64,000 bases of DNA from contig CAZJHX010000003.1 of the NCBI GenBank assembly GCA_964545715.1, positions 81,644-145,643 of the forward strand, read 5' to 3'. Below the pieces are notes generated by a model, which did not search any database, was not told where the DNA came from, and was given only the letters and a program-made list of their open reading frames with translations. Position numbers and translations under genes: made by a program. This document shows positions 48,434 to 59,896 of the stretch, one piece after another. The stretch is from an uncultured Myxococcales bacterium (GTDB lineage: Bacteria > Myxococcota_A > UBA9042 > GCA-2863065). Within the stretch, counting starts at the first letter, position 1; each line of letters begins with the position of its first letter.

Positions 48434-51400
48434 ATGGCCAGAAGCATAGAAGCACTGCGCGAGCAGTTGACCGGCGGCGCGGCGCTTGACGAGAGCGCCC
48501 TGCACGAGCTGGAGCAGCACTACTCGACCAACGGTGACGAGCTCTCCCAGCTGTTCGTCACCTACCGCGAAATCGTGGAGTCCGTGACCGACGTGGCCAG
48601 CGTGAGGGTGCTCCGGCGCCGCCTGGTCAAGGTCTTGGATGGGGTTCTGGGCGACGAGTCCAACGAAGCGACCCGAGGGACGCTGCGCCGCCGAAAGGGC
48701 GAGCTGCTGACGTCGCTGGAAGATGGCGACGCGATCGGTGAGCTGGCGCAGGCCTTTCGGGAGCTGCCGGATGAGCAGGTGCTGGACGCGCTGGGCGGCT
48801 TTGTCGACCTGGACGCGCAGCCCGCGCTCAAAGTCGACGTGCTCAGAGCCCGCTTCAAGCTGGCGGGCGAGCCCGGGCGGCGGGCGATCGCGGCGCTGGA
48901 GCTGGGCGCGCAGCTGCTGGGCGATCAGCAGCTGGATGAGGCCGAGGAGATGTTCCAGAGCGTCCTCGAGCTGGAGCCGGGGGACGAGACCGCCACCGGC
49001 GCGCTGACGACGATCACCGAGATTCGCGAGGCCCGCCAGGCGATGCTGGACGAGCTGCGCGCGGACGTCGAAGCGGGCAAGGGCACGGACAAAGTGCCGG
49101 CGCTGCTGGCGCTGGCCGAGGCGATCTTCGATGACGGCGGCGACGAGGCGGAGGCGGTTGCGGCGGTCGAGCAGGCCTGTGAGTTGGTGCCGGGCAACGG
49201 CGATGCGGCGTCACTGTTGCTGTCTCGCTACGTGGCGGACGAGCGGTGGGACGATATCGCGACTGCAGGCGACCGGTGGATCGAAGCGGCCTCCTCAGAC
49301 GACAAGCTGGAGGCGCTGCGGACGGTTGGTGTCGCGCTGCTCGATGGCGGCGAGGACTTCACCGAGCCGGCGTTGGCGCACCTGCAGGCGGCGCACAAGC
49401 TGAACGCGGCTGATCCGGGTACGGTCGATGGTCTGAACCGTGCGTTGAGCGCGCTTGAGCGGCACGACGAGTTGGTGGCTGTGCTGCAGGCGGGCCGCCG
49501 GGCATCGCGCGTGCGCAAGGACGAGCGCCGGTGGTTGGTCCGCGAGGCGGAGATCGTCTGGCGGCATCAGGGCCTGATGGACAAGGCCGAGAAGATGTTC
49601 CGGCGCGTCCGGGCCAGCGATCCGCGCGACATGACCGCGCTGCTCTTTTACGAGGATCACCTGTCGCAGAAGGGCGACTGGAAGCGCCTGCACGCGATTT
49701 TGAGCCAGAAGTTCACGCTGGTGGCCAAGGAGTCGCGCGTCGACGTGGCGTCGCAGATGGCGGACATCGCCGAAAACAAGATGAGCAACCTGGCCAAGGC
49801 GATCGAGGCCTACAAGCGCGTGCTTATCGAGGATCCGAGCAATCTGCGTGGGGCCGAGCACCTGGTCGAGCTGTACCGCAAGACCGGCAAGTGGCACGCC
49901 CTGATCGAGTTCCTGAACAGCCAGATCCGACGGCTGGGCGCCCAGGACATCGAGGCGCGCGTGGCGCTGCTGTTCCAGATCATCGACGTCTACCAGGACC
50001 CGGACAAGCTGCCGGTCGAAGAGATGGTCATCCACACCTACAACCGCATCGTGCAGGTGTCGCCGACCAACGTGGTCGCGCTGGACAACCTGGCGCAGCG
50101 CTACGAGGACTCTCGGCGCTGGAGCGAGCTGGTCAAGGTGCTGCAGAAGAAGATCCACGCCACGACGGACGCGGAGATGCTGCTGGACCTGTTCCACCAG
50201 GTGGCCGACCTGTACCTGTCGAAGATGTCCAGCGAGAGCCAGGCGATCCCGTTCCTGGAGCGCATTCTGGAGCTGGATCCGACCAACCTGGACGTCGTGC
50301 GCAAGCTGCGCTCGATCTACAAAGCCAAACACAACCTGGAGCGGCTGTACGGCACGTACGAGGCCGAGCTCAACCTGTTGGAGGGCAAGAAGCGCGAGCC
50401 CGTGCTGACCGAGCTGGCGGTGCTGGCCACGGACAAGCTGTACTGGCAGGCGCAGGCGATCGAGCACTGGGAAGAGCTGCTCGGCCTGAACCCCAAGAAC
50501 GAGAAGGCGGTCACCAGCCTGTACGCGCTGTATGCGCAGGACGGGCGGTGGGAGAAGTACGTCGAGCTGCTGGAGAGCCGGCTGGAGCTGGCGCGGACCA
50601 AGCGCAAGAAGGTCGAGATTCTCGGCCGCATCGGCCAGATCCGGTTCGAGAAGCTGGACCAGGTCGACGAAGCGGTCAAAACGTACAAGCAGATTCTGAA
50701 GACCAGCGCGCACAACGCGGCGGCGCGCAAAGCGCTGCAGCGGATCTACATCTCGGCGCAGGACTGGGACGCGCTGAAGGCGCTGTATGCCGAGCAGAAG
50801 GACTGGACCGGGTACATCGCGTTCTTGGACGAGACCGCCTCGCAGGAAGACGATCCGGTGCTGGCGGCCGAGATTCAGCTCGAGGTCGTGAGGGTCTTTG
50901 AGGAGAAGCTCAAGAAGAAGGCGAAGGCCGTTGAGCGGCTGGAGCAGGTGCTGGAGAAAGACGCGCAGAACGTGGATGTCGCGGCGATGCTGGACGAGCG
51001 CTACTCCGCGCTGAAAGAGACGGAGAAGCGCGTGCCTGTGCTGCAGGTGATTGCGGATTACAGTCAGGCGCCCGCGGCGGTGATCGAGGCGCTGCGCATG
51101 GGTGTGGAGCTGCTGCTTGGCGGCGACAAGGCGTCCGACGCGCTCGACTGGGCGATGAAGGCGGTTGACGCCGGGATCGACGAGGGACAGCTCGAGGGCG
51201 TTGATCAGCTGGAGGAGCTGGCGGACAAAGCGGAGCGGCTGGAGGACCTGTCGGCGTGGTACGGCGATGCCGCCACGCGCGTTGGTGCGCCGGAGGACCG
51301 CACGGATCTGCTGAAGCGGCATGCCGAGCTGCTGCGCCATCGTCTGCGGAAGAACGCCGACGCGATCGAGGTGTATGAGGAGCTCAGCCGCGCGGATGAC

Positions 51401-54400
51401 GTGGACTGGGACACCCTCAAGAACCTGGAGGAGCTGACCCGATCGGAGCGGGACTGGCAGGCGCTGGAGCGCGTGCTGCAACGCGAGATCACGGTGCTGG
51501 ACGGATCGACGGCCAAGAAGAAGGTCGCGCAGCGTCGGGTGTGCCGGCTGCAGCTGGGGCAGCTGTACGAAGACATCATCGACGATCCGGATCAGGCGAT
51601 CGCGTGTTATCGCGCGATTCTGGCGGAGAAAGCGGGCGACCCGGAGGCCGTTGAGGGGCTGGACCGCATCTTCAGCCTGGAAGAGCTGTGGGAAGAGCTG
51701 TTGGCGCTGCTCGAGGGCGAGCTGGAGCGGGCCGAGGAGCCCGTGTCCCTGATGAACCGCATCGCGGGGATTCTGTACGAGAATGTGGGAGACCCGTCCG
51801 GGGCGATCGATCGGCTGCAGCAGGCGTTGGACGTGGACCCGGTGAACGCGGAGACGGTCAAGCTGCTGGACAAGCTGTTTGATGCGGACGAGTCCCGTGA
51901 GCGGGTCAGCGGGATGCTGAGCCCGGTGCTGCGCGAGATCGAGCGCTACGACCGCCTGGTCGAGGTGCTGAGCGACGGGCTGGGGACGACCGAGGATCCG
52001 GACGACCGGCGCGCGCTGCTGGCGGATATCGCGACGCTGCGTGAAGAGAAGCTGAAGGACGCGGCGGGGGCGTTTGTGCTGCGGGCCGAGCAGGTCGCGC
52101 TGATGCCGTCCGATGTGGCGGCGCGCGGCGAGTTTGAGCGGCTGGCGGAGGAGCTGTCGCAGTGGCCGGATGTGGCGGCGCTGTATGCCGTGGCTGTCGG
52201 GCTGGAGGGCGTTGAGGCGCCGCTGGACCTCGGCGGTGTGGTGCCGCTCGAGGACACGAACGAGGAGACCGCGCTTACCCGCCGATTGGCGGAGATCTAC
52301 GAGGTGCAGGTCGAAGAGCTCGATCGAGCGACCGAGTGCTATGAGCGCGTGCACACCTTCGATCCGGAGGATCTGGACATTCTGGCGGCGCTTGAGCGAC
52401 TGCATGCGCGCCGGCAGGACTGGGACGCCATGCTGGCGATCCTGCGCGTGAAGGCGGAGCTGACGTGGGAGGTGGACGACAAGAAGGCGGTCTACCTGGA
52501 GATCTGTCAGCTGCTGCGCGACGAACTGGATCGGCCTGAGGACGCGATCGAGTTCTATCGGATGTTCCTGGAGCTGGACGAGGGCAACCTGGAGGTCATC
52601 GGCGAGCTCGAGAGCTTGTTCGCCGAGTTCGAGCGCTGGGAGGACCTGGTCGACCTGATGCGCCGTCGCATCGGGCTGGTCGACAACAAAGACGCGCGCA
52701 TCGAGATCCTGTTCGAGCTGTCCGTGGTCTTCCGCGATCGGCTGGAGGACGTGGACAAGGCGATCGATACGTTCGGTGCGATCCTGACGGACGAGCCGGA
52801 CCACGAGGAGACGATCACAGCGCTTGAGGCGCTGCTGCTGCGCGAGGATCTGGGCGGGTACGACCAGTTTGCGCTGCGGGTGGCGGATATCGTGCAGCCG
52901 TGGTTCCACGAGAAGGGCGAGTGGCAGCGCGAGATCAAGGTGATCCAGGTGCGTGCGGCGCTGGCCGCCGACGACGTGGCCAAGGCCAAGCACCTGTGCT
53001 CGGTCGGGCAGCGCACGGAAGACAAGGGCGACTCATTGGAGGAGGCGTTCGGCTTCTACGCTGAGGCGTTCAAGCTGGATCCAGCCAATGAAGACGCGAC
53101 GGCGGCGCTGAAGCGGTCGGCGGAGACCCTGCAGTGCTGGGAAGACTGGGCCGACGTGCTGGAGGAAGGCGCACGGGACGACGAGCCGAGCGTTGCGGTG
53201 CCGGTCCTGATGACGGTTGGCGGGCTGTGTCGTGAGCAGCTGGCGGACGATGAGCGGGCGATCAAGACATTTACCCGCATTCTGGACATGGATCCGGTGC
53301 ATGCGGGGGCGCTGGAGGCGCTGGACGAGCTGTATGACGTGGCCGACAACGCCACCGAGCGCGTGGCGATTTTGGAGCGGCGGGCGGAGAGCGCGGAGCA
53401 CGAGTCGACGCGGCGGGCGCTGATGTTCGAGGTCGGCAAGATCCACCAGGCGTTGGGAAACACGGAAGACGCGATCAGCGGGTTTGCGTATGTCGCCGAG
53501 CACGGCGATGCGGCCATGGAGGAGATCGCGGCCGAGGCGCTGGACCAGCTGCAGCAGCTGTACACGGAGCTGGAAGACTGGATGCAGCTGGTCGGTGTGC
53601 TGTTGGCCAAGGCCGACGTTGCAGGCGACGACGAGCAGCGCATCGGGTGGCTGCTCGAGGCGGCGAGCACGCAGGAGCAGAAGCTCAGCAACACCGATGA
53701 GGCGATCAAGCTGTACGAGCAGGTGTGCGAGGTCGAGACGGGCCATCCGTCGGCCTTTGACAACCTGGCGCGGCTGCTGGATGCGGCCGAGCGGTGGGAC
53801 GATCTCGAGGAGCTGTTCCTGGGGGCGCGGGCTGTCGCGGGGCCGGATGCGGCCAACAAGTACGACTTCATGCTGGGGCAGCTGTACGACCATCGGTTGG
53901 GGCGCGCTGAGGACGCGATCAACCACTACGAGGCGATTTTGGATCGCACGCCGGACTTTGTGCCGGCGCTGAAGTCACTGGCGCAGGCGATGGACATCCC
54001 GGAGCACGGGCTGCGCGCGTCGGAGGTTCTGTTGCGGGCGCACAGCGCGACCGACAACGCCGGTGAGCTGGCTGGCGTGCTGACGAAGCGCCTGGAGTCG
54101 TGGCCGGACGAGATCGAGCTGAGCGCGACGCACATTCAGTTGGCCAAGATCCTGGAGAGCGAGTTCTCGGATGCCGAGAAGGCGTTCGACAACCTGTGCC
54201 AGGCGGCGATCATCAACTGGGTCGAGCCGCCTGAGCTGCGCGATGACCTGGTGCGGCTGGCCGAGGAGACGGAGCGCTGGGACGAGCTGGAGGTGGTCGA
54301 TCGGGAGGTGCTGGACGCCGCCGACGATGACCTGGAGCGGGTTGCGGTGCTGATGGAGATGGCGCGTGTGGCGCGGTTCCATCGCGAGGATGGCGACGCC

Positions 54401-57400
54401 GCGGAGGCGCGCTATCGCGAGGTGTTGGAGATCGATGCCGGGCACGCGGACAGCCTGGACGCGCTGCGCGAGATCTACGAGGAGTCGGGGCGGTCGGCGG
54501 ACATCGTCGAGGTGCTGCAGGTCAAGGCTGAGCTGGCAGGTGACGGGGCTGAGAAGATCGCGATTCTGTACCAGATCGGGGCGCTGCAGCTCGGTGAGCT
54601 GGACGAGAAGGCCGCGGCGATCGAGACGTACGAGCAGATCGTGGCCCTGGAGCCGCTGGAGCGCGACGCGTATCGGCAGATCGAGCAGGTCTATGCGCTG
54701 CAAGAGGCGTGGGACGAGGTCGTGGCCGTGCTGGGGCGCGAGCTGGATGTGCTGGATGACCAGACCGATCGCGTGGCGACGCGGCGGCGGATGGCGGAGA
54801 TCCTCTACCACAAGGCGGAGGACCGCGATCGCGCTCTGGACGAGGTGACCGCGCTGCTGGAGGTGGATACCGAGCACGCGACGGCGCTGTCGATTCTGGA
54901 GGCGGCGCTGGCGGATGGGCATGCGTATGACCGGGTGATCCGGCATCTGGTGCCGATCTATGAGTCGGTGCAGAACTGGGAGAAGCTGATCGCGCTGTAT
55001 GAGAGCCATGCGGAGCGCAGCGAGACGGCCGGGCAGCTGTGGGCGTTGGAGGAGATCCGGCGGATTCAGCTGGAGAACAAGAACGACGCGGGGGCGGCTT
55101 ACGACGCGTTCAAGCGGATCGTGCGGTTGGCGCCGGAGGATAGCGGCCGTCGGGGCGACCTGGAGAACATGGCGCGCGGGCTGCGCAAGCACGCGGATGT
55201 GGCGGCGTTTTACGGGACGCTGTTGGATGACAATCCGGATGCCGGCTACGCGGTGCCGGTGGCGCTGAAGGCGGCGGCGCTTTACGAGGATCCGCTGCAC
55301 GACACGGACAAGGCGATCGAGAAGTACCGCTTTGTGTTGGAGCGTGAGGTGACCAACGAGACGGCGCTGCCGGCGCTGTCGAAGCTGTTTGAAGCGGATG
55401 AGCGTTGGGATGAATTGGCCGAGCTGCAGGGCAGGGCGGTCGATGAGGTGCTGGACGCCGGTGAGCGGCGACGGCTGCTGTTTGAGCAGGCGCGGCTGTA
55501 CATGGATCGGCTGGAGCAGCCGGAGAAGGCGGTCGAGTCGCTGCAGCGGGCGCTGGACGAGAACCCGGACAGCCGGGAGGCGCTGGCTCGCCTGGAGGGG
55601 CTGTACAGCGAGCTGGAGCGTTGGGAGGACACCGAGGACCTGTACCGGCAGTGGCTGGAGGTCGCGGAGCCGCCCGACGAGACGACGGCGGTGCGGTATC
55701 GGCTGGCGCTCTTCGCGGTGGACCAGCGGGCGGACTACGCCATGGCGCTGGATGAGCTGGAGCGGACGATCGGCGAGAAGCCGGACCATGGCCTGTCTGT
55801 GGCGCTGCTGGAGCGGATCGTCGGGCATGTGGAGCTGCCGGAGCCGGAGGCGGCACAGGTTGGCGCGCAGGCGGCGGAGCTGCTGGCGAAGCTCTATGAC
55901 AAGGAGACGCCCTGGGAGAGCTGGGCGGCGGTGCATCGGGCGCGGCTGGCGGCGGCGGAGGAGCCGCGGGCGAAGATGAAGCTTCATACGCAGCTGGGCG
56001 ACCTGCTGTTGAAACGGGCGGAGGACCCGGAGCAGGCATTTGCGCAGTACGGGGCGGCGTTCACGCTGGACTTCGGCAGCGAGAAGCTGACGCGGAAGTT
56101 GGAGACGCTGGCGAAGAAGCACGAGCTGTGGGACGCGCTGGTGGTGGTGTATGAGCAGGGGTTGGATGAGGCGCCGGATGACGATATCCGGAGCCGGTAT
56201 CTGCTGAAAGTCGCGACGATCAATAGGGAGCATCTCGCGAATGCGGCGGCCGCGGCTGCTGTGTATGAGCAGCTGCTGGAGATCAACCCGAGCGATGGCG
56301 AGGCGCTGGGCGCGCTGGAGAGCTACTACGAAGAGGCGGACGCGTGGAAGGACCTGGCGCGAGTGGCGCGGCTGCGGCTGGATACGACGCATGAGTCGGC
56401 GGATCGGATCGCGATCTTGTATCGCATTGCGAGTCTGGAGCTGGACCAGCTGGGCAACCAGGACAATGGGGTCGAGGCGCTGCGCGAGATTCTGAGCATG
56501 GATGCGTCCGAGAAAGACGCCAAGGACATGCTGGAGTGGCTGCACTCGGCGCGCGAGGAGTGGGCGGATCTGGTGCAGGTCTTCCGGTGGAAGCTGGACT
56601 ACGCGGAGGAGAATGACGAGCGGATCGATCTGCTGAGCAAGACGGCGCAGATTCAGGAGCGCCAGCTGATGGCGCCTGAGGACGCGGTGACGACGTATCG
56701 GGAGATTTTGGAGACGTCGCCGCAGAACCTGTACGCGATCACGAGCTTGGAGCGGCTGTATCCCGAGATCGAGGATTGGGCCGGGATGCTGGAGATCCTG
56801 GAGCGCAAGCGTGGATTGTTCCAGGCGCCGCGGGACCGAGTGGACGTGGACTTCCAGATGGGCGGGCTGCTGTTCGATCGTTTGGGGGAGCCGGAGCGTG
56901 CGCTCGAGCACTTCAGGATGGTGCTGAGTGAGAGCCCCGAGCATGAGGGCGTGATCGAGTATCTGGAGAAGATGCTGGAGAACGAGAATGTGCGGATGCC
57001 CACCAGCTTTGTGCTGGAGCCGATCTATGAGCAGCGGCAGGACTGGGCGCGGCTTGGGATGTTGCTCGAGGTGCAGCTGACGGATGCGGAGGAGCCTCAA
57101 GAGCAGGTCGATCTGTTGAAGCGGCTTGCGGAGCTGCGGGACCAGGATCTGGACGACCCGGATGGCGCGATCGCCGCGCTTGGGCAGGCGTTTCAGTTGG
57201 ACCCGCATGACGCTGAGGTGCGGGATGGTCTGACGAGCGTGGCGGACCGCAGCGAGCGCTGGGAGGCGCTGTCGGCGGTGTATCACGAGGCGCTGGCGGC
57301 AGTGACTGATGTGGATGTGACACGCGAGGTCAGCGGCTGGCTGGCGGAGCTGTCGGAAAAGCATCTGAACGATCCCGAGGGCGCTGTCGATCGGTACATG

Positions 57401-59896
57401 GAGGTGCTGCGGTACGACCAGTTCAACGTGACGGCGCTGACGGCGTTGTCGCGGCTGCTTGAGGAGCAGAGCCGGTGGGAGGAGCTGGTTGATGTGCTTC
57501 GCACGATGCTGGCCGAGGCGTCGGGCGATGCGGTGCGCAAGCAGAGGACGAAGCTGGCCGAGGTGCTGCTGCAGCATGTGAACGAGCCGGAGGAGGCGCT
57601 GCAGCTGTACAAAGAGCTGCTGTGGGAGGACCCGAACGACGCGGACGCCCTGGAGGGGATGGCGCAGATCGCGGCGAAGCACGCCTTCTTGCGCGATGCG
57701 GTGACGGAGATCCTGAAGCCGATCCACCAGGGTGCCGAGCGATATGACGAGGTGATCCGGCTGATGCTGATCAGCTTGCAGTCGGAGGAGGACCTGTTCG
57801 CGCGGGCCCATGTCTACCGGCAGGTCGCCGAGCTGTACGACACGCACGTGGGCGATCCGGTGCAAGCGTTCAACTACTACACGGAGGCGCTGAAGGCGGA
57901 TCCGTCGTTGGATGACGTGCTGCGAGAGATCGACCGGCTTGCGGCGTCGCAGGAGCGGTGGGCTGAGCTGGGCCAGCTTTATGACGCGATGGTGGAGCAG
58001 ACGGACTCGGAGGACACCCTGAAGGTGTTGCTGATGAAGTCGGGCCGGATCGCGCAGCGGCGGTTGGGACAGGAGGACGTGGCGGTGGCGCGCTTCAAGC
58101 GGGTCCTGGAGTATGACGCGGAGCACTACGAGGCGCTGGAGGCGCTGGAAGAGGTGTACGAGTCGCAGGGCAAGATTCGCGAGCTGATCGCGGTGTGCGA
58201 GGTGCGCGCGCGGCTGCCGATCGAGGTGGCTGAGCGGGTGTCGCTGTACAGGAAGATGGCCAAGGCGGCGCTGTATCGGCAGGACACGGAGAAGGCCGAG
58301 GAGTGCTGGCTGGCGCTGCTGGACGTGGACGCGTCGGATGTGGAGGCGTTGCAGGCGCTCGAGGCGTTGTATCGCGACAAGTCGGACTATGACCGGCTGG
58401 CGGAGACGATGGACCGGCGTGCGAGCGTCACCGAGGACGAGGCCGAGCTGGTCGCGATCAAGGTGGAGCTGGGCAAGCAGCGGGTCGGGCATCTGGATGA
58501 CCAGCGCGGTGCGGTCGATGCGTATGAAGAGGCGTTGGAGTTGGATCCCACGTGTCTGGAGGCGCTGGCGGCGCTGGACGTGCTGTACGAGGACCTCAAC
58601 GAGTGGGAGGAGCTGGCGCGTGTGCTGGCGGCTCGGGTGGAGCTGGCCGATGGGGCGGCGTCGCAGATCACGCTGCTGACGCGGCTGGCGATGCTGCATG
58701 AGGTTCAGCTGGGCCGCGTGGATGACGCGATCGAGAACTACGAGCAGGTTCTGAAGGTCGAGCCGATGCACAGCCAGACGATCGATGAGCTGGTGCGCAT
58801 CTATCACAAGTACGAGCGGTGGGACGGCCTGGTCGACGTGTATGAGCGGAAGATCGGGCTGACTGAGGTCGCGTCCGAGCAGATCGCGCTGAAGATCAAG
58901 TCGGCGGAGGTTTACGAAGGAAGGCTTAAGAACGTTGATCGGGCGACCGAACTCCTACAAGAGGTGCTAGCTCTAGATCCAAAGAACCCTGCTGCCTTAC
59001 GCCTGCAGGCGCGACTGATGGTCGTGAACGAGAACCCGGAGGAGGCGATCGCCACCTACGAGGCTCTTTTGCCGACTTTGGAGACCGATAAGGAGCGCAT
59101 CTCGGCGCACCTGGCGCTGGGCAAGCTGTACCTCGAAGCGTGGGACAACACGGCGAAAGCGCTGGTGTGCTTCAGAGACGCGTTGGCGTTGGACGAGGAT
59201 CACCCGGAGGCGAACTCGCTGCTGAAGGATATCTTGTACCGGCGTGAGAGCTGGGAGGCTGTCGTCCCGGTGTTGGAGCGCGAGTACAAGCGGGCTGAGG
59301 ACCGAAAGAAGCTGGCGGATATCGCCCATGAGCTGGCGGTGCTGCAGCGCGATCGGCTGGGGGAGCCGGCGGAGTCGTACAAGTGGCTTCGGGCGGGCTA
59401 CAACGCCAAGCGGGACCACAAGCCGATCGTCGAGGACCTGGTCGAGTACTACACGACCCGGGACATGTGGGACGACGCGGCGCCGCTGCTGGCGTGGCTG
59501 GTCAGCTATCTGGAAGCCAAGCGCATGTACGGAGAGCTGGCTGGACAGGCGCATCGGCTCGGGGCGCTGTACGAGCGAACCGGAGATGAGGCCAAGGCGC
59601 TGCGCTATTACCAGGTGGCGAACCAGTACGACTCGCGCAACGTGCCGAACCTGTTGGCCCTTGGGCGGCTGCTGCACTCGGTTGGGAAGAACGAGAAAGC
59701 GCTGCAGACGTTCCAGAGCCTGTTGCTGCTGCAACACGACATCGAAGATGACGCGGTGAAAGTGGAGATGTTCCTGTCGCTGGCCAAAGTGTGCTCGGCG
59801 ACGGGTGACAAGACCAAGGCGCGCCGCCACTTGAAGCGGCTGTTGGCGTTGGACCGCGAGCACGCCGAGGCCAATGCCCTTCTCGAAAAGCTGTAG
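48434..59896 (+). CDS. Giant acidic TPR-repeat protein (3820 aa), AgmK/GltI-like
   Basis: Dozens of A...Y..IL..DP....AL..L..LY....W..L repeats; size and repeat style recall myxobacterial AgmK/GltI. Confidence 0.85.
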   Translation: MARSIEALREQLTGGAALDESALHELEQHYSTNGDELSQLFVTYREIVESVTDVASVRVLRRRLVKVLDGVLGDESNEATRGTLRRRKGELLTSLEDGDAIGELAQAFRELPDEQVLDALGGFVDLDAQPALKVDVLRARFKLAGEPGRRAIAALELGAQLLGDQQLDEAEEMFQSVLELEPGDETATGALTTITEIREARQAMLDELRADVEAGKGTDKVPALLALAEAIFDDGGDEAEAVAAVEQACELVPGNGDAASLLLSRYVADERWDDIATAGDRWIEAASSDDKLEALRTVGVALLDGGEDFTEPALAHLQAAHKLNAADPGTVDGLNRALSALERHDELVAVLQAGRRASRVRKDERRWLVREAEIVWRHQGLMDKAEKMFRRVRASDPRDMTALLFYEDHLSQKGDWKRLHAILSQKFTLVAKESRVDVASQMADIAENKMSNLAKAIEAYKRVLIEDPSNLRGAEHLVELYRKTGKWHALIEFLNSQIRRLGAQDIEARVALLFQIIDVYQDPDKLPVEEMVIHTYNRIVQVSPTNVVALDNLAQRYEDSRRWSELVKVLQKKIHATTDAEMLLDLFHQVADLYLSKMSSESQAIPFLERILELDPTNLDVVRKLRSIYKAKHNLERLYGTYEAELNLLEGKKREPVLTELAVLATDKLYWQAQAIEHWEELLGLNPKNEKAVTSLYALYAQDGRWEKYVELLESRLELARTKRKKVEILGRIGQIRFEKLDQVDEAVKTYKQILKTSAHNAAARKALQRIYISAQDWDALKALYAEQKDWTGYIAFLDETASQEDDPVLAAEIQLEVVRVFEEKLKKKAKAVERLEQVLEKDAQNVDVAAMLDERYSALKETEKRVPVLQVIADYSQAPAAVIEALRMGVELLLGGDKASDALDWAMKAVDAGIDEGQLEGVDQLEELADKAERLEDLSAWYGDAATRVGAPEDRTDLLKRHAELLRHRLRKNADAIEVYEELSRADDVDWDTLKNLEELTRSERDWQALERVLQREITVLDGSTAKKKVAQRRVCRLQLGQLYEDIIDDPDQAIACYRAILAEKAGDPEAVEGLDRIFSLEELWEELLALLEGELERAEEPVSLMNRIAGILYENVGDPSGAIDRLQQALDVDPVNAETVKLLDKLFDADESRERVSGMLSPVLREIERYDRLVEVLSDGLGTTEDPDDRRALLADIATLREEKLKDAAGAFVLRAEQVALMPSDVAARGEFERLAEELSQWPDVAALYAVAVGLEGVEAPLDLGGVVPLEDTNEETALTRRLAEIYEVQVEELDRATECYERVHTFDPEDLDILAALERLHARRQDWDAMLAILRVKAELTWEVDDKKAVYLEICQLLRDELDRPEDAIEFYRMFLELDEGNLEVIGELESLFAEFERWEDLVDLMRRRIGLVDNKDARIEILFELSVVFRDRLEDVDKAIDTFGAILTDEPDHEETITALEALLLREDLGGYDQFALRVADIVQPWFHEKGEWQREIKVIQVRAALAADDVAKAKHLCSVGQRTEDKGDSLEEAFGFYAEAFKLDPANEDATAALKRSAETLQCWEDWADVLEEGARDDEPSVAVPVLMTVGGLCREQLADDERAIKTFTRILDMDPVHAGALEALDELYDVADNATERVAILERRAESAEHESTRRALMFEVGKIHQALGNTEDAISGFAYVAEHGDAAMEEIAAEALDQLQQLYTELEDWMQLVGVLLAKADVAGDDEQRIGWLLEAASTQEQKLSNTDEAIKLYEQVCEVETGHPSAFDNLARLLDAAERWDDLEELFLGARAVAGPDAANKYDFMLGQLYDHRLGRAEDAINHYEAILDRTPDFVPALKSLAQAMDIPEHGLRASEVLLRAHSATDNAGELAGVLTKRLESWPDEIELSATHIQLAKILESEFSDAEKAFDNLCQAAIINWVEPPELRDDLVRLAEETERWDELEVVDREVLDAADDDLERVAVLMEMARVARFHREDGDAAEARYREVLEIDAGHADSLDALREIYEESGRSADIVEVLQVKAELAGDGAEKIAILYQIGALQLGELDEKAAAIETYEQIVALEPLERDAYRQIEQVYALQEAWDEVVAVLGRELDVLDDQTDRVATRRRMAEILYHKAEDRDRALDEVTALLEVDTEHATALSILEAALADGHAYDRVIRHLVPIYESVQNWEKLIALYESHAERSETAGQLWALEEIRRIQLENKNDAGAAYDAFKRIVRLAPEDSGRRGDLENMARGLRKHADVAAFYGTLLDDNPDAGYAVPVALKAAALYEDPLHDTDKAIEKYRFVLEREVTNETALPALSKLFEADERWDELAELQGRAVDEVLDAGERRRLLFEQARLYMDRLEQPEKAVESLQRALDENPDSREALARLEGLYSELERWEDTEDLYRQWLEVAEPPDETTAVRYRLALFAVDQRADYAMALDELERTIGEKPDHGLSVALLERIVGHVELPEPEAAQVGAQAAELLAKLYDKETPWESWAAVHRARLAAAEEPRAKMKLHTQLGDLLLKRAEDPEQAFAQYGAAFTLDFGSEKLTRKLETLAKKHELWDALVVVYEQGLDEAPDDDIRSRYLLKVATINREHLANAAAAAAVYEQLLEINPSDGEALGALESYYEEADAWKDLARVARLRLDTTHESADRIAILYRIASLELDQLGNQDNGVEALREILSMDASEKDAKDMLEWLHSAREEWADLVQVFRWKLDYAEENDERIDLLSKTAQIQERQLMAPEDAVTTYREILETSPQNLYAITSLERLYPEIEDWAGMLEILERKRGLFQAPRDRVDVDFQMGGLLFDRLGEPERALEHFRMVLSESPEHEGVIEYLEKMLENENVRMPTSFVLEPIYEQRQDWARLGMLLEVQLTDAEEPQEQVDLLKRLAELRDQDLDDPDGAIAALGQAFQLDPHDAEVRDGLTSVADRSERWEALSAVYHEALAAVTDVDVTREVSGWLAELSEKHLNDPEGAVDRYMEVLRYDQFNVTALTALSRLLEEQSRWEELVDVLRTMLAEASGDAVRKQRTKLAEVLLQHVNEPEEALQLYKELLWEDPNDADALEGMAQIAAKHAFLRDAVTEILKPIHQGAERYDEVIRLMLISLQSEEDLFARAHVYRQVAELYDTHVGDPVQAFNYYTEALKADPSLDDVLREIDRLAASQERWAELGQLYDAMVEQTDSEDTLKVLLMKSGRIAQRRLGQEDVAVARFKRVLEYDAEHYEALEALEEVYESQGKIRELIAVCEVRARLPIEVAERVSLYRKMAKAALYRQDTEKAEECWLALLDVDASDVEALQALEALYRDKSDYDRLAETMDRRASVTEDEAELVAIKVELGKQRVGHLDDQRGAVDAYEEALELDPTCLEALAALDVLYEDLNEWEELARVLAARVELADGAASQITLLTRLAMLHEVQLGRVDDAIENYEQVLKVEPMHSQTIDELVRIYHKYERWDGLVDVYERKIGLTEVASEQIALKIKSAEVYEGRLKNVDRATELLQEVLALDPKNPAALRLQARLMVVNENPEEAIATYEALLPTLETDKERISAHLALGKLYLEAWDNTAKALVCFRDALALDEDHPEANSLLKDILYRRESWEAVVPVLEREYKRAEDRKKLADIAHELAVLQRDRLGEPAESYKWLRAGYNAKRDHKPIVEDLVEYYTTRDMWDDAAPLLAWLVSYLEAKRMYGELAGQAHRLGALYERTGDEAKALRYYQVANQYDSRNVPNLLALGRLLHSVGKNEKALQTFQSLLLLQHDIEDDAVKVEMFLSLAKVCSATGDKTKARRHLKRLLALDREHAEANALLEKL

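Noticed and set aside
49295-58807. 1232-aa and 1610-aa minus-strand ORFs
   Set aside because: Antisense shadows of the giant TPR gene, with biased Q/R/L/V/H composition.
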